This document shows positions 9,988 through 19,811 of a stretch of 64,000 bases of DNA, piece by piece. The notes under the pieces are model-generated. The model was not told the origin of the DNA. It saw only the letters and a list, made by a program, of their open reading frames with translations, and ran no database searches. The DNA is from Phycisphaerales bacterium. Lineage in GTDB: Bacteria > Planctomycetota > Phycisphaerae > UBA1845. The stretch spans positions 17,364 to 81,363 of the forward strand of contig JACKHG010000011.1 in NCBI GenBank assembly GCA_020639115.1, written 5' to 3'. The stretch's first letter is position 1, and the number at the start of each line of letters is the position of its first letter. The translations under genes and the position numbers were made by a program.

Positions 9988-10084
9988 GCACCGGCATCTT
10001 ACCGCGAGGCAGGGAGGTTGGCTTGTGGAAGCGCCGGCGTCCAGCCGCGGGGGTGGGGGCCCCGCGTCGCTCGTACAGGTGGTC

Positions 10085-11263
10085 ATGACCGAAGTCCGAC
10101 ATCGCCGCGCGGTGATTCTGCTCGCCTTCGTCGCGTTCGTCAGCCTGGGGCTGCCGGACGGCGTGCTCGGCGTGGCGTGGCCGTCGATCCGCGCGACGTT
10201 TCATCAGCCCATCAGCCGCATCGCCTGGCTGCTGGGGGCGGGCACCTGCGGTTACCTCCTTTCGAGCTTCTTTTCCGGGCAGATCATCCGCGCACGCGGC
10301 GTCGGCGAACTGCTGGTCGGCAGTTGCGTGCTCGCCAGCGGCGCACTCGCGGGCTTCGCGCTGGCACCCGCGTGGGTGGCGCTGCCGGCGTTCGGCTTCA
10401 TCGGCGGGCTCGCCGGCGGCGCGATCGATGCGGGCATCAACACGTTCGCAGCCGACCGCTTCTCCGCGCGGATCGTGAACTGGCTGCACGCGTTCTGGGG
10501 GGTCGGTGCGACGCTGGGCCCGCTGCTGATCACTGCTGTCCTGGCGGCGCACCAGCCGTGGCGCGTCGGCTATGGCATTCTCGCGGCGGGGCTCGGCGTG
10601 CTGGCGGTGCTTTTCACCTTGACGCGCGGATGGTGGCAATTGGGGCACGATTCGGCAGGCGATCCCGCGCCCGCGACAGCCCGAGTCGGCGAGTCGCTGC
10701 GCCAGCTCACCGTCGTGCTGCACGCGGCGCTCTTCTTGGTTTATGCCGGCGTGGAATCGACGGCGGGCCAGTTGCTCTACAGCCTGTTCACCGAGGCGCG
10801 CGGCATCGCCCCGCCGGTCGCGGGCATCGTCGTGGGCGCGTACTGGGCCGCGTTGACGTCCGGACGCATCCTGTTCGGACAGGTGGCGACGCGCGTCAGC
10901 CGGCGAAGCGTCGTTCGCATCGGAACGGTGCTGGCGCCCTGCGCCGCGGGACTCCTGCTGTGCCGCGACGTACCGGTCATCGGCATGGGCGGCGCGGTGC
11001 TGCTGGGGTTCGCGCTCGCTCCGATTTTTCCCACGCTCATCTCGCTGACGCCGCAGCGCGTCGGCCCGTACTTCGCGCCGCAGGCCGTGGGTTTCCAGGT
11101 GGCTGGTGCGGCGGTCGGCAGCGCGGTCTTCCCGGGACTCGTGGGCCTGCTGGCCAGGCGGTTCAGCCTGGAAGTGCTGGGCGTACACCTGCTGGCAGCC
11201 GCGCTCGTTCTGCTCGCCCTGCACGAGCTGGGTCCCTGGCGCCGGCCACGCCCGCCGCAGTAG
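10085..11263 (+). CDS. MFS transporter
   Basis: This is the in-frame part of track ORF 9836..11263, starting at the ATG at 10085 (MTEVRHRRAVILLAFVAFVSLGLPDG). It has 12 hydrophobic segments. Confidence 0.8.
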   Translation: MTEVRHRRAVILLAFVAFVSLGLPDGVLGVAWPSIRATFHQPISRIAWLLGAGTCGYLLSSFFSGQIIRARGVGELLVGSCVLASGALAGFALAPAWVALPAFGFIGGLAGGAIDAGINTFAADRFSARIVNWLHAFWGVGATLGPLLITAVLAAHQPWRVGYGILAAGLGVLAVLFTLTRGWWQLGHDSAGDPAPATARVGESLRQLTVVLHAALFLVYAGVESTAGQLLYSLFTEARGIAPPVAGIVVGAYWAALTSGRILFGQVATRVSRRSVVRIGTVLAPCAAGLLLCRDVPVIGMGGAVLLGFALAPIFPTLISLTPQRVGPYFAPQAVGFQVAGAAVGSAVFPGLVGLLARRFSLEVLGVHLLAAALVLLALHELGPWRRPRPPQ

Positions 11264-11457
11264 TCGCCGCTCGGTCCATCTGAGCCGCAGAATGACCGCG
11301 CCCACGCACGTCATCTTGGAGTTCGCTAATCCTCCGCCCCTTCAAGTTAATTCTGGCTAAGCCGGCTCGCGCCACTCGCGCCGCAGTTCATGCTTGATGT
11401 GTGCCGGGATTGCGTGATGGCCCAAGTCGGACGGAGCGAACGAGAGGAGGCTTTGCG

Positions 11458-11865
11458 ATGACACGACGGGCGACGGGAATTCTGACGGCAGTTGTGGTGT
11501 GTGGCCTGGGGGCGAGTGTGGCGTGGTGCGCGGGCGCGCTGCAGAGCGACGTGCTGACCATTGCAATTCAGGTTTCACCCAGCACCATCGTGCTGGGCCT
11601 CGACAAGGGATCATCGGTGACAGTGCATACGGACCTTCCGTTCGGCATGGTCGACCGGGGCACCGTGGCGCTGAACGGCGTGGCCGCAGCGTCCACCTTC
11701 GCCGACAGTTGCGGCAACCTTGTCGCCAAGTTCCACCAGGAAGACATCGAGGCGATCGTGGCGCCGCCGACGGCGACGCTTGCGCTGACCGGCACGACGA
11801 CCGACGGGACCGCGTTCGCGGGCTCGGACCGGGTGCGGGTGATCGTGGATCCCTCGCCGAAGTGA
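11458..11865 (+). CDS. Secreted hypothetical protein
   Basis: ATG at 11458 lies behind a GAGAGGAGG RBS. Signal peptide ILTAVVVCGLGASVAWCAG. The body is beta-rich. Confidence 0.6.
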   Translation: MTRRATGILTAVVVCGLGASVAWCAGALQSDVLTIAIQVSPSTIVLGLDKGSSVTVHTDLPFGMVDRGTVALNGVAAASTFADSCGNLVAKFHQEDIEAIVAPPTATLALTGTTTDGTAFAGSDRVRVIVDPSPK

Positions 11866-12024
11866 CGGTCATCGAACCCCGTGCTTTACCCAAGCAGCCG
11901 ATTTCGGGCCGCTGGCCAGGGCCGACGAGCTCTGGCGCGGCGCCGAATCGGCTGCTGTTTACAGCGACAGGGGCAGGGCCGCAGCGCCGACGGTGCGAAG
12001 TTCCCAAGAATGCTGTAGTGGATG

Positions 12025-12234
12025 TCAGGCGAACCGGCTGGCGAGGACGAGCAGCAGCACGATGATGGTGCCGACGATAGCCAGGAAGGTGAAGACGGCG
12101 CGCTGGCCCTCGGCACGGCCCTCCGCGCCCTCCGCCTCGGCTTCCGTCTCGATGGCGACGAAGTCACAGCGGCACTGGGAACAGTAGTTCGCGTGCTCCG
12201 GGAGGATCTGGCCACAGTTTGGGCATTTCTTCAT
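12025..12234 (-). CDS. Small zinc-ribbon protein with a C-terminal transmembrane anchor
   Basis: ATG at 12234 (MKKCPNCGQILPEHANYCSQCRCDF...). Acidic linker EAEAEGAEG, then TM segment VFTFLAIVGTIIVLLLVLA. It is the 3' part of track ORF 12025..13236. Confidence 0.6.
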   Translation of the reverse strand: MKKCPNCGQILPEHANYCSQCRCDFVAIETEAEAEGAEGRAEGQRAVFTFLAIVGTIIVLLLVLASRFA

Positions 12235-12320
12235 GGCGTTAGCATCCGCGCGTTCCATCCTACTACCCCCGCTTCCCCCGCTACAAGGGCGGAGGCTGTA
12301 GAGGCAGTCGCGGAGCGTGC

Positions 12321-13112
12321 TCAGCCGTTGTCGCCGTCGAGCAGTCCACCGAGGCCGCCGAGAATGCTGCCCTCGCCGCGCCGCTTGCCACCGGCCCGCG
12401 GGGCACTCGCAATCACCCGGTCCGCCAGGCGGCTGAAGGGCAGCGACTGCAACCAGACCCGCCCGGGGCCGGTCATGTGCGCGAAGAACAGCCCCTCGCC
12501 GCCGAAGAACGCCGTCTTGATCCCCCCGACAAACTTGATGTCGTATTGCACGCTCGGGGTGAACGCGACCAGACACCCGGTGTCCACGCGCAGCGTCTGA
12601 CCCGCCTCGAGGTCGATCGGCACGATCGTCCCGCCCGCATGGATGAAACACAATCCGTCGCCCGTCAGCCGCTGCAGGATGAACCCCTCGCCGCCGAAGA
12701 AACCCGTACCGAGCCGCTTGGTGAACTCGATGCCCACGTCCACGCCCCGCGCACTGCACAGGTACGCGTCCTTCTGGCAGAGCATCTTGCCGCCGAACTC
12801 GGTCAGGTCGAAGGGAATGATCTTCCCGGGATACGGCGCGGCGAACGCGACCTCCTCGCGCTGGGAGGCGATATTGGTGAACACCGTGATGAAGAAACTC
12901 TCGCCGGTGAGCATCCGCTTGCCGGCCTTGAACAGCGAGCCGAACAGCCCGCCCGAGCCGTGCGGATCCATCCGCGTGTCCATCTCGATGCCGCTGCTCA
13001 TGTAGCACATCGCCCCGGCCTCCGCGAGGACCGCCTCGCCGGGGTCGAGCGTGATGACAACCATCTGCATGTCGTCGCCGATGAGTTCGTAGTCGATGAC
13101 GTCCGCGGGCAT
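12321..13112 (-). CDS. TIGR00266/AIM24 (DUF124) family protein
   Basis: Full-length ORF with family-typical strings: IDYELIGDDMQMV, GESFF, FFGGEGF, GPGRVWLQSLP. Confidence 0.8.
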   Translation of the reverse strand: MPADVIDYELIGDDMQMVVITLDPGEAVLAEAGAMCYMSSGIEMDTRMDPHGSGGLFGSLFKAGKRMLTGESFFITVFTNIASQREEVAFAAPYPGKIIPFDLTEFGGKMLCQKDAYLCSARGVDVGIEFTKRLGTGFFGGEGFILQRLTGDGLCFIHAGGTIVPIDLEAGQTLRVDTGCLVAFTPSVQYDIKFVGGIKTAFFGGEGLFFAHMTGPGRVWLQSLPFSRLADRVIASAPRAGGKRRGEGSILGGLGGLLDGDNG

Positions 13113-13145
13113 GAGCGTTCTCCTTGAAACCGAGGTCCCCAGATG

Positions 13146-13757
13146 CTAAGGCTCGCGAGCTTCTTCGCAAGTCTCGCCACACGACGACCCCAGCACGTGC
13201 CCCAAGCGATAGGAGCGTGCAGCGCTGATGAGACACTCAAAGTCTTCGCGGGCCGCCGCTATGTTGTGAAGTGGAAGCGTCCTGCCTTCGGTGGTTTCGA
13301 CGTGCAGGCTACGTCCCTGGGAGCCGGTCAAATGAAACTCGCGGACACGCGGCCAGTCCACGATGTGGACCCGTAGACCAGTGCGGTACATGAGTCCTGC
13401 AGGTGCAGCGGCCACGAACGGACCGCGCTTGTACGCGACGGTCGCGTATGCGAACAGGATTGAATAAACCAACGGGAAACCAATGACCAGGATCGGGCTT
13501 GGTGGCCCAGACGCCGGCATGTAGCCAACCTGAAACAGCAGTATCACCAGGCAGGACCCAGTGAAACGCAAGAAGCTCCGCGGTGCACATGCATACGTGT
13601 TGACGTCGTACGCGAAACCACACTCGGGACAGCTATGCGGGCACGGGAGGCCTTGCAGGCTGTAGCGGCAGACCGGACAGGTCTGCGGCGGTCCCGGTTG
13701 AGGAACGCCCGATTCCGTGTAGCCGGGCGGCTCGATGATGCGATTGATCCGAATCAT
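13146..13757 (-). CDS. N-terminal zinc-ribbon (CPVCRYSLQGL...CPECG) membrane protein with a C-terminal soluble, possibly PH-like, domain
   Basis: The Cys module is followed by 2-3 hydrophobic helices and a roughly 90-aa tail. The stop of the upstream MFS gene is 9 nt away. Confidence 0.65.
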   Translation of the reverse strand: MIRINRIIEPPGYTESGVPQPGPPQTCPVCRYSLQGLPCPHSCPECGFAYDVNTYACAPRSFLRFTGSCLVILLFQVGYMPASGPPSPILVIGFPLVYSILFAYATVAYKRGPFVAAAPAGLMYRTGLRVHIVDWPRVREFHLTGSQGRSLHVETTEGRTLPLHNIAAAREDFECLISAARSYRLGHVLGSSCGETCEEAREP

Positions 13758-13766
13758 GGCTGCGAC

Positions 13767-15020
13767 CTACATGTTGGCGACCGTGGCTTCTTCTGCGGGC
13801 GCGGCAGCCGTTGTCGCCGTCGGCGGGTGCTCGCGGATGCGTCGCCGGATCGAGAAATACAGGAGCGCGGCCGTCGCAGACGCCCCCAGGCAGCCCAGCC
13901 ACAACGCCTGCCCGCCGTGCCGCGCCAGCACCTCGCCGCCCAGCGGAATACCCACCACGCTGCCGCCGGCGAAACACATGCTCAGCACACCCATGTACCG
14001 CGCCCGCAGCCGCGGCGGGGCCAGGTCGGAGACGATCGGCTGAACCAGCACCGCAGCCATCATCTCCCCAGCCGTCCAGACCACCACCGTACCTACGAAC
14101 GCGAGCGGCGTGTGTGCGAACGCGATGAGGCCGAAGCCTACGCCGGTGACCAGGGACGAGAGCGGCATCAGCCGCGACCGGTCGAAGCGCATCAGCCACG
14201 CTGCAAAGGGCAGTTGCAGCAGCGCAATCATCGCGCCGTTCACCGCGATGATCTGGCCGTACTGCTCCTTGCCGATCCCAAGATCCTTGAAGTAGAGCGG
14301 CAGCGTGGACACCGCCTGCATGTACATCATCGAAATGGCCAGCGTCGCCAGGCAGAAGACGACGAAGGTGCCGTCGGTGACCACGTGGCGCAGACCGGCT
14401 GAACTACTCGACTGCGCATGCGCCGACGCGGCGTGCTCGGCGTGGGCGAGGTGCAGCGACTCGCGAATCCCCACGACGATGATCACGCCCAGGCACGTCG
14501 TGGTCGCCGCGTCGATCCAGAAAAGCCAATGGTACGACGAGCGCTCGACGATGAAGCCGCCCACGACGGGCGCAATGCTGAACCCCAGGTTGATCGCGAC
14601 GTACTGCAGGCTGTACGCGGCCTTGCGCAGCCCCGGCGGCGTCACGTCGGCGATCATCGCCGAGCACGCGGGGCGGAACATCTCGCCAACGAAACCGAGC
14701 ACGCCCACGCACGCGACCATGCTCCACTTGTTCGTCAGGAAGCTCAGCGTGAACATCAGCGTCGCCGACCCGAACGTCGCGACGACCATCGTCACGCGCC
14801 GGCCGACGGCGTCCGCGAAATGCCCGCCGACGAGCACCGCGCCCATGCACCCCAGCCCGTATGTCGCCATGCCCCACGTGGCGAACCGCATGGTGGTGTG
14901 CAGATGCTCCACCAGATAGAGCGTCAGAAACGGAATCAGCAGCGTGCCCGCGCGGTTGATCAGCGTGCCCAGCGAGAGCACGTACACGGTGCGCGGTAGT
15001 TGCAGATAGGTTCGCAGCAT
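13767..15020 (-). CDS. MFS transporter
   Basis: 417-aa ORF with 12 hydrophobic segments and an MFS-like loop (GHFADAVGRR). Confidence 0.8.
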   Translation of the reverse strand: MLRTYLQLPRTVYVLSLGTLINRAGTLLIPFLTLYLVEHLHTTMRFATWGMATYGLGCMGAVLVGGHFADAVGRRVTMVVATFGSATLMFTLSFLTNKWSMVACVGVLGFVGEMFRPACSAMIADVTPPGLRKAAYSLQYVAINLGFSIAPVVGGFIVERSSYHWLFWIDAATTTCLGVIIVVGIRESLHLAHAEHAASAHAQSSSSAGLRHVVTDGTFVVFCLATLAISMMYMQAVSTLPLYFKDLGIGKEQYGQIIAVNGAMIALLQLPFAAWLMRFDRSRLMPLSSLVTGVGFGLIAFAHTPLAFVGTVVVWTAGEMMAAVLVQPIVSDLAPPRLRARYMGVLSMCFAGGSVVGIPLGGEVLARHGGQALWLGCLGASATAALLYFSIRRRIREHPPTATTAAAPAEEATVANM

Positions 15021-15139
15021 GGCCTCAGTCGATCGGGCGCAAGCGCGGACCGGGGTGCCGGCCCGCGTGCTGGCGCGGCATGCTACCCGACGCGGCGGGC
15101 GGCTGCGAGCCGTTGTGAGGGCTCGCCGCGACCGATACC

Positions 15140-16450
15140 ATGCCCTCCATGAATCAGCGAATCCTCCGCCTCGGCGTTATTGCGTTCGGTTGCATCGCCT
15201 GTGCGGCGCTCAGCGCCTCGGCGGACGCAGCCCGGACATCCCTGCGGGCCGTGCTGCAGACACCCGGCGGCGAGCTGCCGTTCCGCCTCGACCTCACGCC
15301 GGCATCCGCCGGCAAGGCCACCGCAGTCATCCACAACGGCCGCGAGCAGATCGAAATCAAGGACGCCGAGTTCAGCCCGGAACGGCTCGTCGTGCCCTTC
15401 GGGTATTTTGGATCGCGGATCGAGGCGACCTCGAGCGACGGTGGCGCGACCTGGCGCGGCGCGTGGACCAAGACCGGACGCGGTGGCAAGGAGTCGCGGC
15501 TCGATTTTTCCGCAACGCCCTACGCCGGCTACCGGTTCGCGCCACTGCCACCAGCCAATGAGCCGGCAACCGACGACCCGACGCCTGGCGAGCAGACGCC
15601 GACGGCCGACATCACCGGGCGCTGGGACGTCGCGTTCGCCCAGTCCGCAGAGCCGACCATCGGCGAGTTCAAAGTGGCCGCCGATGGCACAGCCGACGGC
15701 ACCTTCCTGACCCCCGGCGGGGATTACCGCTACCTCGCGGGCGTTTACACCGACAACCGCCTGCGGCTCTCCACCTTCGACGGTTCCCACGCGTTCCTGT
15801 TCGACGCACGGTTCCAACCGGACGGCACGCTCGCCGGCGGCTTCTGGGCCGGCAACGCCTGGCACGAGACCTGGACCGCCCGCCGCGCGCCCGACGCGAA
15901 ACTCCCCGATGGCTTCAACCAGGCGCACGCGCTGGGCAAGGCCGACCTGGCGAACCTGCACTTCGCCGATCTCGCGGGCAACGCGCACACGCTCGCGGAC
16001 ATGCTCGGTGACAGCCAGGCGTGCATCCTCGAGGTCTTCGGCTCGTGGTGTCCGAACTGCCACGACGCCTCGCGTCTCCTCGACGAATTGCAGGCGAAGT
16101 ACGCGGACCGCGGTCTGCGCGTCATCGGTCTCGCCTTCGAGTACACCGGCGACGTGCAGCAGGACGCCCAGCGCATCCGCGACTTCATGGCCCACTGCCA
16201 CGTCACCTATCCCGTGCTCTACGGCGGCTTCGCCGATCGGGAGCAGGTCGCGCGGAAGCTGCCGTTCCTCGACGGCCTCAAGGCGTATCCCACGACGATC
16301 TTCCTCCGCGCCGACGGCGCGGTGGCGGCTGTCCACACCGGCTTTTCCGGCCCCGCCACGGAAGACTACCCCGCGCAGCGCGCCGCCTTCGAGCGCGTCA
16401 TCGAACAAATGCTCCCCGATCCGAGCCGCGCGCGCCACCAAGCGGACTGA
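15140..16450 (+). CDS. Secreted thioredoxin-fold thiol:disulfide oxidoreductase (TlpA/redoxin-like) with an N-terminal extra domain
   Basis: Signal peptide (LGVIAFGCIACAALSASA). The WCPNC active site sits in LEVFGSWCPNCHD. Confidence 0.75.
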   Translation: MPSMNQRILRLGVIAFGCIACAALSASADAARTSLRAVLQTPGGELPFRLDLTPASAGKATAVIHNGREQIEIKDAEFSPERLVVPFGYFGSRIEATSSDGGATWRGAWTKTGRGGKESRLDFSATPYAGYRFAPLPPANEPATDDPTPGEQTPTADITGRWDVAFAQSAEPTIGEFKVAADGTADGTFLTPGGDYRYLAGVYTDNRLRLSTFDGSHAFLFDARFQPDGTLAGGFWAGNAWHETWTARRAPDAKLPDGFNQAHALGKADLANLHFADLAGNAHTLADMLGDSQACILEVFGSWCPNCHDASRLLDELQAKYADRGLRVIGLAFEYTGDVQQDAQRIRDFMAHCHVTYPVLYGGFADREQVARKLPFLDGLKAYPTTIFLRADGAVAAVHTGFSGPATEDYPAQRAAFERVIEQMLPDPSRARHQAD

Positions 16451-16540
16451 GGCAAAATCAGAGCCGCGACCGTAAGGGAGCGGACGGCGGCCTGCATCGA
16501 GGAGATTCGCCACCAGCGCTTCGGAAGAAGCGGCCGAATA

Positions 16541-17377
16541 ATGGGCGTCGCGAAGAACATCGGTATGGCCGAGTCATATTCTCCAGACGAGCACGAAGAC
16601 GACGAACTGTCCTGCCCGATGTGCGGATACAGCCTGACCGGGCTGACCAGCACACGCTGCCCGGAGTGCGGTAGTCCTTTCAACCGGGCGGAATTGCTCG
16701 GCGATGTCCCCTTCGTCCGCGCACCCGAGCCCATTCCGCTCTGGGATGAGCGCGGGCGCAGCGGAACCGCGGCGGCATACGTAAACGTCGCCATCCACAT
16801 GCTCTTCGGTCCGGGGCCGTTCGCCAGTACGTTTCCGCCGAACCCGGATTGGTCGTCCGGGCGCCGCTACGGCAGGTATTCCTACGCGCTGGCCGCCGCA
16901 CTCATGTTCTCAGCGGCAATTGCCGCGGGTTCGACCGGTGCGGGCCGCTACGCGTTCGTGGCTGCCTGGCTGATCGGCGCGTACACCTGTGAAACCCTGG
17001 TGGCGTTGATGCTCCCGCGTGATCGATCAACCGCTCCCACGATTGGTTCCTACTACTTCAGCCGGCCACGATCAATCGCCTGCATGGGAAGCTGCTTCCT
17101 GGTGCTGAGCTCGGTTGTCATCGCGACGGGATTTTTGACGGCGGAGCACGACGACGCCTGGTTGCCGGACCGGATCACGCACGCGCTACTGGCGTTGACC
17201 CTCTGGTGGTGGGGGGCGTTCACGTCGATCGCAATCCATACCGCGGGAAAATCCGGATGGGTCATGGTCATCAGCATCCCGGGCGCGGTACTCGTTGGCT
17301 TCGCTGCGGGTCTTGTCGCGTTCTTTCCCATCGGCATCGCGGTCATGTGGATTCTCGGTACGAATACGATCTTCTGA
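16541..17377 (+). CDS. Zinc-ribbon (CPMCGYSLTGL...CPECG) polytopic membrane protein, paralog 1
   Basis: N-terminal Cys module. Shares PIPLWDER, FGPGPFA..FPPNPDWSS, WLIGAYTCE, GSCFLV and LWWW blocks with ORF 19808..20632. Confidence 0.7.
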   Translation: MGVAKNIGMAESYSPDEHEDDELSCPMCGYSLTGLTSTRCPECGSPFNRAELLGDVPFVRAPEPIPLWDERGRSGTAAAYVNVAIHMLFGPGPFASTFPPNPDWSSGRRYGRYSYALAAALMFSAAIAAGSTGAGRYAFVAAWLIGAYTCETLVALMLPRDRSTAPTIGSYYFSRPRSIACMGSCFLVLSSVVIATGFLTAEHDDAWLPDRITHALLALTLWWWGAFTSIAIHTAGKSGWVMVISIPGAVLVGFAAGLVAFFPIGIAVMWILGTNTIF

Positions 17378-17597
17378 CCGTCGCGACGAACCCTCGGCTG
17401 AGCGGAAATTGCGACGCGTCACAGTAAAGCCGGCAGGTTGCACCGTCGGCGTTGAGCTTGGTACACTCAAGCCCTCACTTGGGCTTCGGCACTCCGCCCG
17501 GTCGGGTGCGGGGCGCCGGCGCCGACTACCATTCGTCCTGCGGCCGCACGCCGCCGGACATCCTCTCGTCGCAAGCACTTCGCAAAGGAGTGGACGC

Positions 17598-19811
17598 GTG
17601 AGCGGGGCAGAGACAACCAGCGCGACCGCATCTCAGCTCGATCCAGCCACCTGCTTCACCGGCCGCATCAAGCGCGTGTGGCTTTCCCCGCTGTACCTCG
17701 TCGGGCTCGTACTCGTGGCCGGCGCGATGGTCCTGCTGCCCGTCGCGTACGTCGGCATCGTCGCGCTCGTCGGCTACGGCCTCTTCTACTACGCGACGCA
17801 CTGCGCCGCCTGGATCGGTGCGGGCCACGTCTCGCGCGGCGGGCTCTTCCTCCTCCTCGGCCCGCTTGTCGCCGGGGGCATCCTCTTCTTCTTCATGGTC
17901 AAGCCGCTCTTCGCGCCGCGGAGCCGCCGCGACCGGCGGATCTCCCTCGTGCGCGCCAACGAGCCGCTGCTCTTCGCGTTCGTCGATCGCCTCTGCGAGG
18001 TCGTGGGTTCACCCAAGCCGCGGCGCATCGACGTCGACTGCCAGGTGAACGCGTCGGCCAGCTTCCGCCACGGGATATGGAGCATCCTCTGGCCGGGCGA
18101 CCTGGTGCTGACCATCGGCGTGCCGCTGGCCGCGGGCCTCTCCCTGCGCGACTTCACCGGCGTGCTCGCCCACGAGTTCGGCCACTTCGCCCAGGGCCTG
18201 GGCATGCGCTTCTTCTACGTCATCGGCAGCATCAACGGGTGGTTCGCACGCGTCGTGTACCAGCGCGACGCGTGGGACGAGTGGCTCGTCGAGCGTATTG
18301 AGCAGGAGGAGGGCTGGATCCGCGTGATCATGTACGTGGCGCGCATCTTCGTGTTCATCACGCGCCTCGTCCTCTTCCTCCTGATGGTGCTCGGACACAT
18401 GATCAGTTGCGGGCTCTCCCGACAGATGGAGTTCGACGCAGACCTGCACGCCATCCGCACGACCGGCAGCGCCAGCCAGGAAAACACCGAGCTGCACATG
18501 GTGCTGCTGTCGAGAGCTTACAGCGCTGTTTTCGAGGACCTGCGCGCCTCCTGGCGCGATCGCAAGCTGGGCGACAACCTGCCCGCGCTCGTGGCCCTGA
18601 AAGCCGAGGATTTTCCCGCCGAGAAACGCAGCGAAATCCTCGACAAGGCCCGGCAGGAAAAAGCCGGATGGTTCGACACGCACCCGTCGCCGGCTGCACG
18701 CATCCGCTTCGCGCAGAAGGTGGCCGATCCCGGCGTCTTCACCGCGGATGGATCGGCTGCCGCGCTCTTCAGCGACTTCGAGGGCCTCAGCCGCTCCATC
18801 ACCCTGGCCTTCTACCAGCAACTCATCGGACCCGAGTTCACGGCGAAAAACCTCGTCGCCACCGCCGACGTCACGCGCGGGCTCGATCAGGCCCGCAGCA
18901 GCCGCGAGGCCGCCGACCGCTACTTCTGCGGCGGCGTTTCGCTGCGCCGTCCGCTGCGCCTCGACGCCCATTCCGAGATCTTCAAGCTCGATGAGGCTTC
19001 CGCCCGCGGCAAACTCAACGCCGCCCGCAACGGGATCGCCCGGCACGCCGCAGCGATCCGCGACCGCTACCGGCGTTTCCAGGAGGCCGACGCGCGCCAC
19101 GCGGATCTCGCGATCATGGAAACCGCAATCAAGGCCGGCAAGGAACTCGATCCACAGAAGTGCGGCCTCAGCGCCTGCACCACCGAGGCCGTCGTGACCG
19201 CACGCCGCGCGGTCGAGCGCGAGCGCCGGACAGCCGCCGAGGATCTGATCCGCATCGAGGCGGTGATGCGCACCCGGGCGGAGGCCGCGCTCCGCCTGCT
19301 CTCGGCCGATGCCGTGGCCCGCCGCGTTCGCGGCATCGAACGTCTGCAGCGCCGCACACGCGAGCTGCTCGCGACCCTCACCACCGTCGGCGGCGTCGCC
19401 GACACGCTGCTCAAGCTGCGTCAGGGAATTCCCTGCATGGACACGCTCTCGACGCTGCTCACCGACGAGAAGCCGACCGAGGAGCGCGTTCGGCAGGCCC
19501 TCCGCCTCGCGGAATCCCAGCATATGCACCTGCACAACCTGCGCAGTATACTCGCCAACGGACGCTATCCGTTCGCCCACACCGCCGGTCGCATCACGCT
19601 GGCGGAATACGCGGTCGCGAAGCTGCCCGAGCGCGACGATTTCGGCGGAGTTTACGGTGCAGCCGACGAGGCGGTCGAGGCCATGGAACAGCTCTACGCA
19701 CGCCTGCTCGGCGAAGTCGCCCGCATCTGCGAGGCGGTCGAGGCCGCACTCGGCTATCCACCTATCCAGACCGCGCCGCTGCCCCCAGCCGCAACCCCCG
19801 AGGCCGCATGA
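17598..19811 (+). CDS. Membrane M48-family (HtpX/Ste24-like) zinc metallopeptidase with a long C-terminal helical domain
   Basis: This is the in-frame part of track ORF 17295..19811. GTG at 17598 lies 7 nt after AAAGGAG. N-terminal TM helices, HEFGH zinc motif (VLAHEFGHFAQG), and a later THPS..R motif. Confidence 0.75.
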   Translation: MSGAETTSATASQLDPATCFTGRIKRVWLSPLYLVGLVLVAGAMVLLPVAYVGIVALVGYGLFYYATHCAAWIGAGHVSRGGLFLLLGPLVAGGILFFFMVKPLFAPRSRRDRRISLVRANEPLLFAFVDRLCEVVGSPKPRRIDVDCQVNASASFRHGIWSILWPGDLVLTIGVPLAAGLSLRDFTGVLAHEFGHFAQGLGMRFFYVIGSINGWFARVVYQRDAWDEWLVERIEQEEGWIRVIMYVARIFVFITRLVLFLLMVLGHMISCGLSRQMEFDADLHAIRTTGSASQENTELHMVLLSRAYSAVFEDLRASWRDRKLGDNLPALVALKAEDFPAEKRSEILDKARQEKAGWFDTHPSPAARIRFAQKVADPGVFTADGSAAALFSDFEGLSRSITLAFYQQLIGPEFTAKNLVATADVTRGLDQARSSREAADRYFCGGVSLRRPLRLDAHSEIFKLDEASARGKLNAARNGIARHAAAIRDRYRRFQEADARHADLAIMETAIKAGKELDPQKCGLSACTTEAVVTARRAVERERRTAAEDLIRIEAVMRTRAEAALRLLSADAVARRVRGIERLQRRTRELLATLTTVGGVADTLLKLRQGIPCMDTLSTLLTDEKPTEERVRQALRLAESQHMHLHNLRSILANGRYPFAHTAGRITLAEYAVAKLPERDDFGGVYGAADEAVEAMEQLYARLLGEVARICEAVEAALGYPPIQTAPLPPAATPEAA

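Noticed and set aside
9235-11314. ORFs 9235..11283 (+, 682 aa) and 9965..11314 (-, 449 aa)
   Set aside because: Arg-rich shadows overlapping rsmJ and the MFS transporter.
15083-16513. 476-aa minus-strand ORF antisense to the TlpA-like gene
   Set aside because: Shadow composition. The plus frame carries the WCPNC thioredoxin motif and a signal peptide.
18009-19580. 523-aa minus-strand ORF antisense to the M48 peptidase
   Set aside because: Shadow ORF. The plus frame carries the HEFGH motif and TM helices.
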